Assembly: GCA_012295275.1 (NCBI GenBank)
Contig: CM022676.1
Span: forward strand, 13,826,001 to 13,890,000
Origin: Chrysomallon squamiferum
Taxonomy: Eukaryota > Animalia > Mollusca
DNA: 64,000 nucleotides
Reading direction: 5' to 3'
Positions 43,957 through 59,067 of the stretch are shown one piece after another. Position 1 is the stretch's first letter, and every line of letters starts with the position of its first letter. Under the pieces are notes generated by a model. That model saw nothing but the letters and a program-made list of their open reading frames with translations, did not search any database and had not been told where the DNA came from. The translations under genes were made by a program, and so were the position numbers.

Positions 43957-44339
43957 ACAAGCAGCAGCTCCATCTGGGGACTTATGAACCAAACTTTAAC
44001 ATTCACGTTTCTCATATTTCTTCTTGCACTCATTGACCTGGTCTAGTGTTTCTACCTTGAAAATGTGTAGGCCTGAAAGAAGCATGTGTGATCTTGTGAT
44101 AGGCCACCACTTCATTAATAAGGAATTGAGGATGTCTGTTATCTAGTAAAAGAAACTGTTTCATCAAAGAAATCTGATTTTTTATCCCTCTTTTTTCCTC
44201 TTTTTAAAAAAATGTATTTATTATTATTTATTTGTTTTAATTATTTCTGAGACAACTGAAGATCAGAAGCTAAAAAAAGAATAAAAATAAATAAATAATG
44301 AATAATAGTGAAAGGTAAAATAAATAGAATAATAAGAAA

Positions 44340-44425
<86 letters not shown>

Positions 44426-45683
44426 GAAGAACAAGAAGAAGAAGAAGATGATGATGATGAAAAAGAAGAAGAAGTAGAAGAAACATTAATTAAATAATTT
44501 TTAAAACAAAAAAGACATGTAAAGAACAAATGCACATTACTTTTATATTTATTCCATAAAGAAATCATGGCTTTGGTTAATATATATATACTTAAAACCT
44601 AAATAAAGAAATAATTAATAAATAAATACAGAACAAAAGTTTAACAAAAACACAATTAAATCTTTAGATAGGTAACAAGCAAAAAATGAAGAAAGCAGTT
44701 GAAAATTAACAAAAATAGAATCACATATAAAAAACTAATGATAAGAGAATTACATGTTTTTAATAATATTGTTAAGAACAATTTGAAAAAAAAATTGTAT
44801 AAAATAATAAATAAAAATGTAATTGATATATATATATGTTTAGAGACAGTGGAAAAGAGAATCATAGCACAGAAGAAGAATTTACTCATTTTAAATTATT
44901 CTAGGAATATCTTACATTTTTGTAATATAGAAATCAATTACAGCCACATATACATCAGTTTGTCGAATTCAAGAAAGTAATATAACAAAAACTGGTTTTA
45001 GAACCTAATTTTATTTCATTGTTTAAAATATATTTAATTGATCTTTGTATATTAGTTTTTAATTCATAAATACTTGATCAATTTTGTTTTGTAGGGTTTT
45101 TAAAATAAATTTTATTTTATTTATTAATCTCTTTTGATTGTTTTGAGTCAGGTTAGTTAGCTTCATATTAAAAGTTAGACGAATGATCAAAATTGGTCTT
45201 TTGTTTCAAATAATGAAAAAAGTAAATCACTGATTAATCAGGTTTGTTTCCTGTAAAATAATAACTTGATTTCCCATTGGAAAAATGTTATTTTTGTGTT
45301 CGTGTTTCTAGTTAGTGCTCCTCTTATGATGGTAACTTTTACACATAGCAATAACAAGAACCACATTATATTTTATTGATTATTTTATATAATCAGTAAT
45401 AAATAAGATGGACAATTTGTTCATTTATTTTAATAATTATTTTCTTCTGTTATTAGAAATATTAATTACGGTTTACATCAGTGCATCTATTGTTTACAAT
45501 TTTTACAAACTCGGATACAAGCATTACAACAGTTCGGCGAAACTGAGAGGGCGTTGTTTAATTTACTTCCATGTTGAAATTTTTAATGAATGTTATTACT
45601 TATTTTGATCTGAATTATTATGTGATGATGTGTTAATAAAATGACCTTTGTCAGTAATCAAAATATCATATATGACAAGGTAC

Positions 45684-47073
45684 CTGTCATCAAAATATAT
45701 CTCTCATCTGTAAAACCTTTAACTCCGTATTTATTGTAAGCCAACATTCTCACAAGATACTTCGTGTCTGATTTCAGAGGCGCTATCACTGTTGTATGGG
45801 TTGTGTGTAGACCACGTTCTAGAAATTTCTCTGCGATGTTGTTCCACTGTGTTGACGTGTTTTCTCTGTACTGTAAAATGAATGTTTGCACGAAGCCACC
45901 GTTATATTCCTCTGTCCAAGACACAGAGATAGTAGAAGAGCTGATTCTCTGCAGGCTCACATTGGAAGGAAGGCTGGATGTACCTTGTAGGAAAAAACAC
46001 AGTCAGTCTAATTAATGTTGAAAAACATGACCATATGAGAAGAAAGAAAAAAATGTGCATATGAGTGTTTGTATCTGCGTCTCTCTCTATATATATGTAT
46101 ACACTCGGGAATCCTCAGTGTACCTTGTAGGCAGAAAGACAATCAGGCCAACTAACGTTGATAAACATGACCATATTGTAATAAGAATGCGCGCACATAA
46201 ATGTATGCATGTGTAAATGTGTGTATGTGTGCAAGTTGCTATTTCCATTATTACTGATATTCTAATTTGTGTTAACAAAACAGTTACATTTAACAATAAG
46301 CTGCACGCTTTGATTGACATCAGACTTGACGTTGTTTCCTGCTTCACAAGTGTAAAATCCTGTATCCAGACATCCAGTTTCATTCCAGCTGTACTCCACT
46401 GACTTGGAGTTGTTCACTTCACGTAGAATGTGTGAGTTGTTTAACAGTTTGATGTGAGATGCTGGATTACTGTCAACTTCACATCTCAGAGTCATGGGTG
46501 TCAGCTCATCAACTGTTAACTTTGTAGACTTCGAGTTGAACGTCAAAGATGTGATAGAAGTTTGGTCTGCAATGATTGAATACATGTGCTATACGTGAAA
46601 TCAGCTATCATTGAGCTGCAAGGTGAAACAAGTCGAAAACTAATAATTTAATGTTCATTACCACATAGTGCTAAATACTAAAACAGTGTCAGTCGTTTTA
46701 CTCCAAAAGCAGATCTGTATGTATGCATGTTGTGGAGATAAAAAGATTGTCTACAATAGTTTTACTTTAATGTTCCTCTGTCAGTAAATTCGAATTAACT
46801 TAGAAAGATCATCAAAGGAAAGTACTTTTGATGATCACGTAATGTAGGAAAGATATTTATAAAGAAGTGTTTATTGTGCATCGCTAAAACAAAATCAGGT
46901 TGAAGTTTTTCACACAAGTGCTGGGAACATGATGCGTAAATAATGTCATCACATCTACAGCATTATCTAGTCAGATACGTTTCTCCAGTATACTCTGAAC
47001 ATTTTTTTAAAGATGACAAGAATTTCACTTAACATGGATGAATTAAAATAATAATAATAATAAAAAAAAAAAA

Positions 47074-47121
<48 letters not shown>

Positions 47122-48030
47122 GAAAAACAACAACTAACAAACAGATCATGAAATGAACTTTCTAAAAGAAATCATGATAACACTTAGATCTTTGAAGAAG
47201 TCATTAAAGCGGAAGATGAAAGTGATTCTACAGACAGTTGCCTCTCGTTGGAACTCAATACGAGACATCCAAGTTCTTGATTGAATAACGTTACAACTTG
47301 AGTTCAGAATTAAGAAAAGCTGGAATATATTTTAAAATATAATGAAAACACAGATTATTATGACAGATAGATGAAGCATTACAGGTTTGGAAGTCAATGC
47401 CTATAAAAAAACGGGATATACACCAATAATATGCTGGTTCTAAAGTGACAAAGCTGAAATAACACTCTTAGTGCGAGTAAGAAATAGAAAATAATTCTTC
47501 AACTGTGTGTACTAAATTAGATTTTTAGCGCGAGTGAGAAATGGCAGCGGAAGAAGAAATTATGAAGAAACCTCTGCATAAATTATGTTATTTACGAAAT
47601 TCTTATATTTTATTATCATGCTTTCACATAACACTCATTTTGTTGATACGAATTAGAAATCAAAAGCTGGTATTTAATGCTTATATTAATATTTATTTTT
47701 CAATTTGTTCTACTCTTTTTGACATATTCTTTGAGTATTTAAAGTTGCAATTTTATGTCTGAATCTGGAACGTACAACGAACTCTAAGCTGGAACTGGTT
47801 ACTTCCTGAAAGTCCATTATTACTTGCAGTACACGTAAATGTTTGTCCTGTCGGATTTCTGCTCACAGGACCAACAGTTAACTGAGAGCTGTTGACCAAA
47901 TACCGATCTTCACTTCTCCACGTGTAGACACATGATGAGTCACAATCAGCAACACAGATCACATTTAGAGTTTCTCCTTCAACAATATTTCCTGGAGTTG
48001 AATGACTAAATTTAACGCAGAGGACTCGAT
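45684..48030 (-). CDS. Ig-Ig-FN3 cell-surface protein exons, copy 2, open frame (partial gene)
   Basis: Exons 48030-47776 (Ig A), 46566-46288 (Ig B) and 45983-45684 (FN3). Same lengths and phases as copy 1, no stop (APLKSDTKY). Confidence 0.82.
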
Positions 48031-50904
48031 CTATAAATAAATAAATAAGTAAATAAATCATTATAACAGCAAATGGAAGGTATGGTCTGAGTGTATTCAT
48101 TTATTACAGTTAGAAGAAAAAAAAGGAAGTGAATAAAAACAATAATCTTATGGAAAGCAAAATTAGAGAAAAAAAGCACATGAAAAACCAAACAAAAACA
48201 ATTAAAATACAATGATGTTTTGTATATACGAAGATAGTATTTAAGTAAATGTGATAGATTTTTTCATATGAACAGATGCAAATTCGTACATGTCTGCAGT
48301 ATGTCCAGCCGTTATAAAATACAGACAAAAAGAATAAATGGAAAAACATGAATTAATTAATAAAAACTAAATATAGTCATAAGTAAAGACAATCTTGAAT
48401 GACCTAACGTAATGTATCCAATTGCTACTAGAGACATCTGACCGATAATGACATTTGACTGTAAGGATTCTCCATCCAGAAACTAAATCAAAGACAAAAT
48501 GTAAGATGGTGATTACAAATTTCGAAAATAAACTTGTGGATTAAGAAAGTTAAACTATTTAAGTTTATAAATATAATCTTTTGGAAAATATCGCTCAGGT
48601 TCATCCCGTGACAAATTATCCCAGAAACAAAGAAACAAACAAAAAAACCTTTTAACTTCACAATCTTATATTTAAGCTGCTTTTAAGATTAGTGGAACCT
48701 GGAGCATTTATTTACATTAAATCACTGAAAGTGTCAGAGAGGACAAACTGAGGTCAGCATGTCTATACTAAGTGTGTTTTACTACTAAACTCATTTTTTA
48801 CTATTAGTTTGTCTTTATGGCTGCAGTCACGCCCATTTAAGGCCAAAATGTGCAAATTTGAGCTTGTCATAACAATACCATTCCAGATATCAAATATAAT
48901 CAGTGAATGTTTTGTTGACACAGTTATAACTGTTATTCAGTTCACAGTTTTCATTTTAGAACATAATTATATGTCTCACTTATTCCGAGTTTTAAATGAA
49001 ATGAATAAAAATACATAGAAATTTAAACAAGAAGATATTAATCGAATTGTAATACGATTTGTTGTTTTAAAAAGTATAAACAAGTTTTCGTTCATCGGAT
49101 GACTATTAGGTTTAATCGATAATTTACTTTGTGTATGCAGTTTTATTATTAATATTATTACTGAATATTTCACTCTTAATACATACTCATAAAACTATTT
49201 TCAAAAAAACAAAAAATCTGATATGACAGTAGGTATAACAAGTAAATGAATCCAAATACATGGAAAGAAATAACACTTCTGATTTCAAAACTGAACAGAT
49301 GAGTGTGTCTATCCCAAACGCAACAAGTTTAATTTACATCCTGATTCACATTTTCATATGCATAATATGGTCACGGGTGTTGGATCAAAGCATTTTTGTA
49401 AGTGACATGGAACGTATTACATATATAAGTACAAACATTTATAAAATATTTTCATTTACAAAGTTTTATTGCTAAGAAAAGTGAAGAAAAGTTTTCTGTG
49501 TCCCAGTTTACAAGTGATGAATGTCAGTGTCACCAAAAGGTAAACTACACACATTTCTGTCAGGCTGTCTGTGTGTCGGCCTTGAAGTATGTCCCTTTAT
49601 CTGCTCTACCTATCTACCCATCTATTTTTCTTTCTATATATATATAATTCATTTATTTGTTTATTATAAATTGTATAACTTAAGTATACTAGAAAAATAT
49701 AAACTAAATATAGGTGCAGATACGTGTTTTTGTGTTTTTCTTGTTGTCTGTTCAATTACTGGATATTTTCCAGTGAACATCTACACCTATTCAGTTAATT
49801 TCAATACATTCTTCAGCGAATAAATGAATTTAGTGTCTTGAATGTAACATGCACAGAAATAGTTAGTTCATAACTATCAAATAATCGTTGCATTAATGAT
49901 TTATCAACAAGGGCACATGCTTAAGCTGTTACCAACATACTTTAATCATTAAACAACTAAATTATTTTATTATAGTATAATCCTGTCCCTTCATTTATAA
50001 AGCAAACATATCTTAAATTATAATTGTAATTAGGAACGGAAGCTAAATATACCACAACACTATTCATTTATATCATATAGTTGTCAACTTTTCAATTCTT
50101 TAAAGACACCAAATCATGTTTTCTGACAAAGGTGATGCTGCTCAGGTGCAGAGATCTGTGATGTTGTATCAGTGGTAAAGCTCATGTTACAGTTTGACTG
50201 TGACTTCGGGATTCCTGTTCATGATCTTTGTCGTAAGAATATGTAAGTCAAAAAAGTCTTGTGTTTTTTTTATATAAAATGTATGGCGTTTGTTGTACAG
50301 TGTGATAATGAACACATTCCTAGAGAGTTTCAGCTTATTCATGATGGGAATTACGCAGGTAGTGAAATGATGATGACAATGGTAAAACCTTTGTCCCTTC
50401 CGAATTATATTCTATGTCTGTAAATCTTTAGACAAATCATCGAATCCACATTACGATCTTGATCATGCATTAAAACGATTTTATCTTTACGGCGTGACAC
50501 CATATATTACTTTCTCTTATGTTACCGAACATATTTCATTTAATTTTTTGTTTACATTATTATTTCTAATTACTATTTATTTATTTATTGATGGTGTTGT
50601 TATTTATATTATTATTATTGTTATTGCTATTATTATTATCATTACACCATTTTGATTTCTGTAATACTTGTACTTGTTTTATCATGACCACTATCATCAT
50701 CGTCATCTCATTATCATAAACAACATTACACTATCGATACTTTGTTTTTAATCCCTTCATCCTCATAATCTCTCTCTCTATGGTTTTGTCTCTCTCTGTC
50801 TGTCTCTATATGTCCCTCTATGTGTCCCTCTGTTATTAAATCCGTTTTTGTATTTACATTAACATTATAATTATATTTTTATATATTTATGTGCTACCAA
50901 TAAA

Positions 50905-50960
<56 letters not shown>

Positions 50961-50979
50961 TAATTATCATTAACCATAA

Positions 50980-51889
50980 TCCAGGCCCAGTTTCATATAC
51001 TATCAATTGTTTCCTGGGGAAGTAATGAATAATAAAAATATCCTCAATACATTCTCCATTATCAACGTATCTTGCATAGACCATTAGCAGAGCTTCACTA
51101 TCTCTTACAGTTGATTCGTCCAACTGTATTGAAAAGTTTGTATATTTTAATTTTTCAACAAGTTGTACTTCTACATCACAACTCATTTCATCAATCCTGC
51201 TACTAACAGTATTATTACTGAGCGGCATGCTTTTGAGATCTTGGTCATCGTTTTCAAGAACTACTTTCAGAAAAGTTGATATTGCGGGCTTAATTAAATT
51301 CTCCCCTATTGTATGATTTTTGCCACATTTTGCTATGAGAAGAGAAATGTCATAACTAGCCTCAAGACCACGATCCTTGCTTGCACTTCTTGCAGAGAAC
51401 AATGAATTTATTGTTGATCTTTTTTCAAACTTCCCTTTTAGGGATTTAAAATACTCCAGTTTTCAATTAACATGAATACTGTGTTTTGCCTTCAAATGAT
51501 TTTCGAGACGACCTCTCTTCATGGATTCATTAGTCGAACATTGGTGGCACAACAGACAAAAAGGCAGTAGTTAGTTTCCTCTGCTATTTTAGCTTCAGTG
51601 TGAGTGTTGAACAGCTGATTAAAACTCACCTTCTTAAACAAGTCAGAAGCTACGCATATAGCTGGTGCCAGATGCACGATAACATTAGTGGGTGAACACT
51701 TGACTAGAATGCACAAGCTGTTGTGCTCAGCTGGGTTTTAATTACAATTTTATCCTATAAAATTATAATTTGTACCCATATAGGGTTAAATAAAATAGAA
51801 ATGTTGATATTACTATATTTTTCATATTGCCCCCTATTATTATTGAATTGCCCCCCAGTGGGGCATAGGTCCCACGTTGGGAAACACTG
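50980..51889 (-). mobile_element. hAT (Buster/Charlie) fragment, copy 2
   Basis: TIR ttgggaaacactg ends at 51889. ORF 50887..51402 mirrors 18887..19432. Confidence 0.9.
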
Positions 51890-52261
51890 CTATAGAGCAT
51901 TTACGGAACGAGTTGGATGGACGACTGAGGCAGCATCAACCACAGCCATAGAATCCTGCTCAGTTGGCATTATTACTACAGACAGAGTGGGCCACCATTA
52001 CACAAGGTGTAATTCGTAATGTCATTACTGCTATGGGAAGGACATATCAGGCAGTTCTGGACTCCCATGGTGAGCACACAAGGTATTGATATTATACTGT
52101 TATAACCTTGAACTTTAACCTTTACAATGTAATACCATCAATATTAATGAATTGCGAAAGTGTGTAAAATATGAACATTCTGCTGCTTTCTGTTGATCCA
52201 TTAGATAGATATTTCCAATTTCAATAAAATCTACTTTTGCGTTTCTTTTTGGGGAGATTAT
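51890..52261 (+). mobile_element. Tc1/mariner remnant, copy 2
   Basis: Reverse complement of 18028-18398, further degraded. Confidence 0.8.
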
Positions 52262-53512
52262 CTATATACAAGAAATAATAAACATGGTTAGTGTCACATC
52301 TTTGACTCATAACATGTACAAATAAGAGAGTGTCCCACATTTTGTGATTCACCATTACATTTCATTTTTCACGATCCTAGGTATAACGTTTCTTGTCACC
52401 AGTACTATTAGCACACTATTTTTATCTGACGTACATAACAGACACTTGTTAGCGATCAGTTTTTTAACAGTATACTGTGAGAAATAAAGATAAATATTTT
52501 ACACATAAAATAAGTAATGACACATATATATAGTAACAGGTTATAAAAGACACGTTACATTATACGGCACACATTGTATGTAATAAATATGTGCATGTAT
52601 TTATCGCTAAAGGTGGCGTGACGTGTAAACAGCGACACACAGAAGATATTTCAGTGAACTGTCAAACAGAACGTTATCAGTTCCAGGAAAACACTCACCA
52701 AGCAAGAACGTACTTCCTTAATCAGAGGGCTATTTTGAAATTTGAAGGTATTTTGTATTTTATTGTAATTTACTATATGCCGTACTATTATTACTTTGCT
52801 TAAATCAGATCAGACTTATTGAACTTGTAATCTATTTTGTCAAGGCTATACATGTTTTGTGTGAATTTTCTTAAACGAGATTTTTTTTATTTTTTTATTT
52901 TTTTTATACATAACACACTGGTTTATGAGAAATATCGAAGAATATTTAATGATAACAACACCAAAAACACCAATAATAAATACAAAAAATAATAAGAAGA
53001 AATAAAAATAATAATGGTATCGTCATTATAATAATAATTATTATTCTAGTAGTAGTAGTAGTAGCAGTTGCAGTAGCAGTAGTTTTAATACTATCACCTA
53101 AATAGAAGTACCGGACCAATTGTCGGGTCCCATTGGGGCCTGAGGCATTCCGAATGTCTGGATCTTCCGGTTTTCTGATACCAAGGCATGTAAATTCGCA
53201 GAGAATTAGGCATAAACATTATAAAATTAAAAAATTAATAAAGAAAGAAAATTGACGATACACAACTGTGGCGACTCGACACGTAAACAATGCAGCGAGT
53301 GAATTAACAACACGCGGCTTGAAAGAGTAGTTACAGTCTGGTGAGGACAAAACCCGCGCGCGCAAAGTATGAAAATTACGTTGGAAAAAGTTCCGGTCTT
53401 CTGGTCTTTCGGGATTTCAGGACGCCGGATAATTGGTCCGGTATCTGTACAGTTCAATGTATCGTTTATAACTTATGCTATATCTGATTACTTGATTTTA
53501 CTTTATGTCATT

Positions 53513-53559
<47 letters not shown>

Positions 53560-55384
53560 CTTATTTATTTATTTATAGATCCCTGATCTCTGTGATCAAT
53601 AGTAGAGTTATACAGAATTTACTCGTTTATAAGAAATTATCGATCAGAAAAATGTTCAGTTAAGTAGCTGTTTTGAAAGAACAATGTATTTTATATTGTG
53701 TTTATTATTTTGTTAAATTCACTGTTAATACAGCGTCTGCTTATAAGTGCTGAAATAAACAGTAAAAATATGAAATTATTTACATGTGTCTACATTGTGA
53801 GCAGATAAATTATTTCTATAACGACAATAAACATAAACTCGATACCAACAACCGAATTACTTCGAATAAACAAAAGAAAAAGGAAATAGAAACTAATACA
53901 AGTACATGACAGAATGTTATTATTATTAAATTATTTATGTGAACGTTCCAAACACCAGAACGACTACTAAAATTTCATTACAAAACCTTACCAAGTCAGG
54001 ACGTACGCAACGTTTTTTTAATGTCAATATGAAAAAGACATCACACTATACTGTTCTATTTGTTAGAAATCTAGCTCAAACATATCTTAAAACTATAATC
54101 AAACTAAGAAAACTCAAATCGGTAAAACATAGTACAATATAAAATATCATACGCTTTCAGTATGGGCGACTCGTTTTACTTCTGCTTTGCGCAATTGGCT
54201 GACGTCTTTGTCGTCGTCAAGTGTCACTTTGTCAGGTTTGTATGTCAGATTAATGTAAACAAATCGTGCTACGAGACGTGTACACTGATCTTACACACAT
54301 TTTCCCTCAAAGTAGATTAGATTAATTTAATGCTGTCCTGTTTGATTGCAGTGTGTACATCTGTGTTATGAAATGCGTATAATAATAATACAAAAATAAT
54401 AATAAAAAAACAGGGAAAATAATTAGAATTACCTATATATATATGTCCTTGTTGTTTAGTAATATTATTATTTACTTTTTAAAATATATTTCTATGTTCA
54501 TTTGTTTATTATTTATTGTTTCTATGCAGGCGTGTAAATGTTTTATGTATGAAACTTTTGTACTATTTATCATATATTTCTCTCTTTCTCTCTCTCTTAT
54601 TAAGTTGACTTGGTACTAAAGTAATCTTTATCTCTAGGTAATAAAATTTAGACAACTAAGTAAAGTTTAGTGTTCAAAAAACAGATTAGATTTCTCTCTC
54701 TCTATTTTAGTTGATTTTGTAATAAAGTAATCTTTATCTAAGGGTACTTAATTTAAGGCAACTAAGTAAACTTTAGTCTTGACAAAACACATTAGTTGGT
54801 CATGTTGTCAGGAACACGTGTCTCAAACAAATAGCTGAAGAGAGACGACAAACATGTCAAAACTTGTGGCAGATATATTCAGTCTTTCAGTACAGAATCT
54901 AATTATTCATATGGAAACAAATTTAAATAGATGGAGCACAGACAATTTACAATAATAAACAATGAAAAATTTGATCACAAAAAATTAATATTATAATTAT
55001 CTGAATTTTATTTCAAATATTTTAAATTACATTAAACCAAATTATTGCTGTGTAACTAGTGTTATCTTGAGTACCAACTAAGATTAAATATTTATTTCAG
55101 GAACTGTTTTATCTCTGTCAGTCACGCGGTCAGCAGGTTCTTGGAGAGATAAATATTTGATATCAAAATCAGGTCTGTACTCTTATCAAGTCACTGTATT
55201 GTTAGAAAATTACTTATAACAGTGACATTAGACATTCTGATTATTTTCTGTTGTCGTATAACTCATATTGACATGAAAATGAACCTTTCTTAAAAATAGT
55301 AATATTCAACTGTCTTAATGATTTTTTCGCAATGTGCAATAATTTTAGATTCTGCAAAAGGGGAAGTGATAGGGTTGCCTGATC

Positions 55385-55469
<85 letters not shown>

Positions 55470-55515
55470 GATGTACAGAGTTGTAAAATCTCTTTAATGT
55501 CTGAGTTAGCTTTAC

Positions 55516-55612
<97 letters not shown>

Positions 55613-57720
55613 GTTATAAGCAGTGGATATCTAAATAAAAACATGTACATAAATAAAACACCAGAAATTGGAATAATCAGCCAAGTCGTGAAGCCGCTTT
55701 GTCTCTCAAAGGCGAGGTGCGAGCAGTGTCACCAAAATTACAATAGAAGTAAACCTGAGCATGTCGAGAAGTCTGACTTGCTTTTACAGATAGTTTCTTT
55801 GTTCATGACAGGACTGATGATTGTGTAACCAAAGTAATCTTCTTTTAATGATTCAAATCAAACCAGAAGCTCATTTTATTAGTTTTCGAAAGTGTGTTAA
55901 ATAACTGATTTCAGATTCTTTAATGTTATATTTATGGACGAAACATGTAATTGAGATGACGTACATATATTAAGTTTTCTTGGCAACAGTAGTAGACATA
56001 TATTTCAAAACTAATTATACATATATAACAATGTAATAATTACAGCCATATTTGCCAATTAAATTTCTGTTATAAATATTTTAATGGTTTTTGATTTGTT
56101 AGTGTTTATACTTTCTTGTTTTGGTCTCTTTTCAGTAATGAAAACATCGCTGCCGGTTTGTCGCATATAGAAATGAATCGTTTGTACTTTTCATTTTTCT
56201 GTTTTAATTTCCTCTGAAGACTTTTCAAATAATGCTAGAGGTTCTTAGTTACAATACTACACGTATTTTGTACCAATACTGCACGAGTAATACTAATACT
56301 AATACTAATAATAAATTAAATTAAATTAAAATAATAAACACAATATAAAATACATTGTTGTTTCAAAACAGTTACTTAACTGAACATTTTTCTGATCGAT
56401 CATTTCTTATAAACGAGTAATTTCTGTATAACTCTACTATTGATCACAGAGATCAGGGATCTATAAATAAATAAATAAAATGACATAAAGTGAAATGAAG
56501 TATTCAGATATAGCATAAGTTATAAACGATACAGTGAACTCTACAGATACCGGATCAATTATCCGGCGTCCTGAAATCTCGAAAGACCAGAAGACCGGAA
56601 CTTTTTCCAACGTAATTTTCATACTTTGCGCGCGCTGGTTTTGTCCTCACCAGACTGTAACTACTCTTTCAAGCCGCGTGTTGTTAATTCACTCGCGGCA
56701 TTGTTTACATGTTGAGTCGCACAGTTGTGTATCGTCAATTTTCTTTCTTTCTTTATTTTTTAATTTATAAAATGTATGCCTAATTCTTTACGAATTTAGA
56801 TGCCTTGGTACCAGAAAACAGGAAGATCCAGAAATTCGGAATGCCTCAGGCCCCAAGGGGTCCTGACAATTGGTCCGGTACTTCTATTTAGGTGATAGTA
56901 TTACAACTACTGCTACTGCAACTGCTACTACTACTACTAATAGAATAATTATTATTATTATAATGACGATACCATTATTATTTTTATTTCTTGTTATTAT
57001 TTTTTTTGTATTTATTATTGGTGTTTTTAGTGTTGTTATTATTAAATATTCTTCGATATTTCTCATAAACCAGTGTGTTAGGTATAAAAAAAAATAAAAT
57101 AAAAAATAAAATTAAAAAACCTCGTTTAAGAAAATTCACACACAAGATGTATAGCCTTGACGAAATAGATTACACGTTCAATAAGTCTGATCTGATTTAA
57201 GCAAAGTAATAATAGTACGGCATATAGTAAATTACAGTAAAATACAAAATACCTTCAAATTTCAAAATAGCCCTCTGATTAAGGAAGTACGTTCTTGCTT
57301 GGTGAGTGTTTTCCTGGAACTGATAACGTTCTGTTTGACAGGTCACTGAAATATCTTCTGTGTATCGCTGTTTACACGTCACGCCACCTTTAGCGATAAA
57401 TACATGCACATATTTATTACATACAATGTGTGCCGTATAATGTAAGGTGTCTTTCAAACCTGTTACTATATATATGTGTCATTACTTATTTTATCTGTAA
57501 ATTATTTATCTTTATTTCTCACAGTATACTAACAAGTGTCTGTTATGTACGTCAGATAAAAATAGTGTGCTAATAGTACTGGTGACAAGAAACGTTATAG
57601 CTTGGATCGTGAAAAATGAAATGTAATCGTGAATCAGAAAATATGGGACACTCTTTTATTTGCACATGTTATGAGTCAAAGATGTGACACTAACCACGTT
57701 TATTATTTATTTTATATAGA

Positions 57721-58088
57721 TACTCTCCCCAGAAAAGAAACGCAAAAGTAGATTTTATTGAAATTGGAAATATCTATCTAATGGATCAACAGAAAGCAGC
57801 AGAATGTTCACATTTTACACACTTTCGCAATTCATTAATATTGATGGTATTACATTGTAAAGGTTAAAGTTCAAGGTTATAACAGTATAATATCAATACC
57901 TTGAGTGCCCACCATGGGAGTCCAGAACTGCCTAATATCTCCTTCCCATAGAAGTAATGACATTACGAATTACACCTTGTGGAATGGTGGCCCACTCTGT
58001 AGTAATAATGCCAACTGAGCACGATTCTGTGGCTGTGGTTGATGCTACCTCAGTCGTCTATCCAACTTGTCCCATAAATGCTCTATAG
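57721..58088 (-). mobile_element. Tc1/mariner remnant, copy 3
   Basis: Direct copy of 18028-18398; IEHLWDKLDRRLR. Confidence 0.8.
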
Positions 58089-58997
58089 CAGTGTTTCCCA
58101 ACGTGGGGCCTATGCCCCACTGGGGGGCAAATTCAATAATAATAGGGGGGCAATATGAAAAATATAGTAATATCAACATTTCTATTTTATTTAACCCTAT
58201 ATGGGTACAAATTATAATTTTATAGGATAAAATTGTAATTAAAACCCAGCTGAGCACAACAGCTTGTGCATTCTAGTCAAGTGTTCACCCACTAATGTTA
58301 TCGTGCATCTGGCACCAGCTATATGCGTAGCTTCTGACTTGTTTAAGAAGGTGAGTTTTAATCAGCTGTTCAACACACACTGAAGCTAAAATAGCAGAGG
58401 AAACTAACTACTGCCTTTTTGTCTGTTGTGCCACCAATGTTCGACTAATGAATCCATGAAGAGAGGTCGTCTCGAAAATCATTTGAAGGCAAAACACAGT
58501 ATTCATGTTAATTCAAAACTGGGGTATTTTAAATCCCTAAAGGAGAAGTTTGGAAAAAGATCAACAATACATTCATTGTTCTCTGCAAGAAGTGCAAGCA
58601 AGGATTGTGGTCTTGAGGCTAGTTATGACATTTCTCTTCTCATAGCAAAATGTGGCAAAAATCATACAATAGGGGAGAATTTAATTAAGCCCGCAATATC
58701 AACTTTTCTGAAAGTAGTTCTTGAAAACGATGACCAACATCTCAAAAGCATGCCGCTCAGTAATAATACTGTTAGTAGCAGGATTGATGAAATGAGTTGT
58801 GATGTAGAAGTACAACTTGTTGAAAAATTAAAATATTCAAACTTTTCAATACAGTTGGACGAATCAACTGTAAGACATAGTGAAGCTCTGTTAATGGCCT
58901 ATGCAAGATACGTTGATAATGGAGAATGTATTGAGGATATTTTTATTATTCATTACTTCCCCAGGAAAGAATTGATACTATCTGAAACTGGGCCCTG
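58089..58997 (+). mobile_element. hAT (Buster/Charlie; ZBED5/SCAND3-like) fragment, copy 3, longest open frame
   Basis: TIR CAGTGTTTCCCAA at 58089. ORF 58426..59106 is transposase-like to ~58950. TCA here, TGA in copies 1 and 2. Confidence 0.92.
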
Positions 58998-59018
58998 GAT
59001 TATGGTTAATAATAATTA

Positions 59019-59067
<49 letters not shown>

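Larger units (their letters stand above)
36256..53710 (-). repeat. Segmental duplication unit, copy 2 (inverted W'V')
   Basis: Starts attaacattaattatatagaatatc (reverse complement of the end at 35020). Ends tgtgtttattattt (reverse complement of 16649 onward). Confidence 0.95.
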
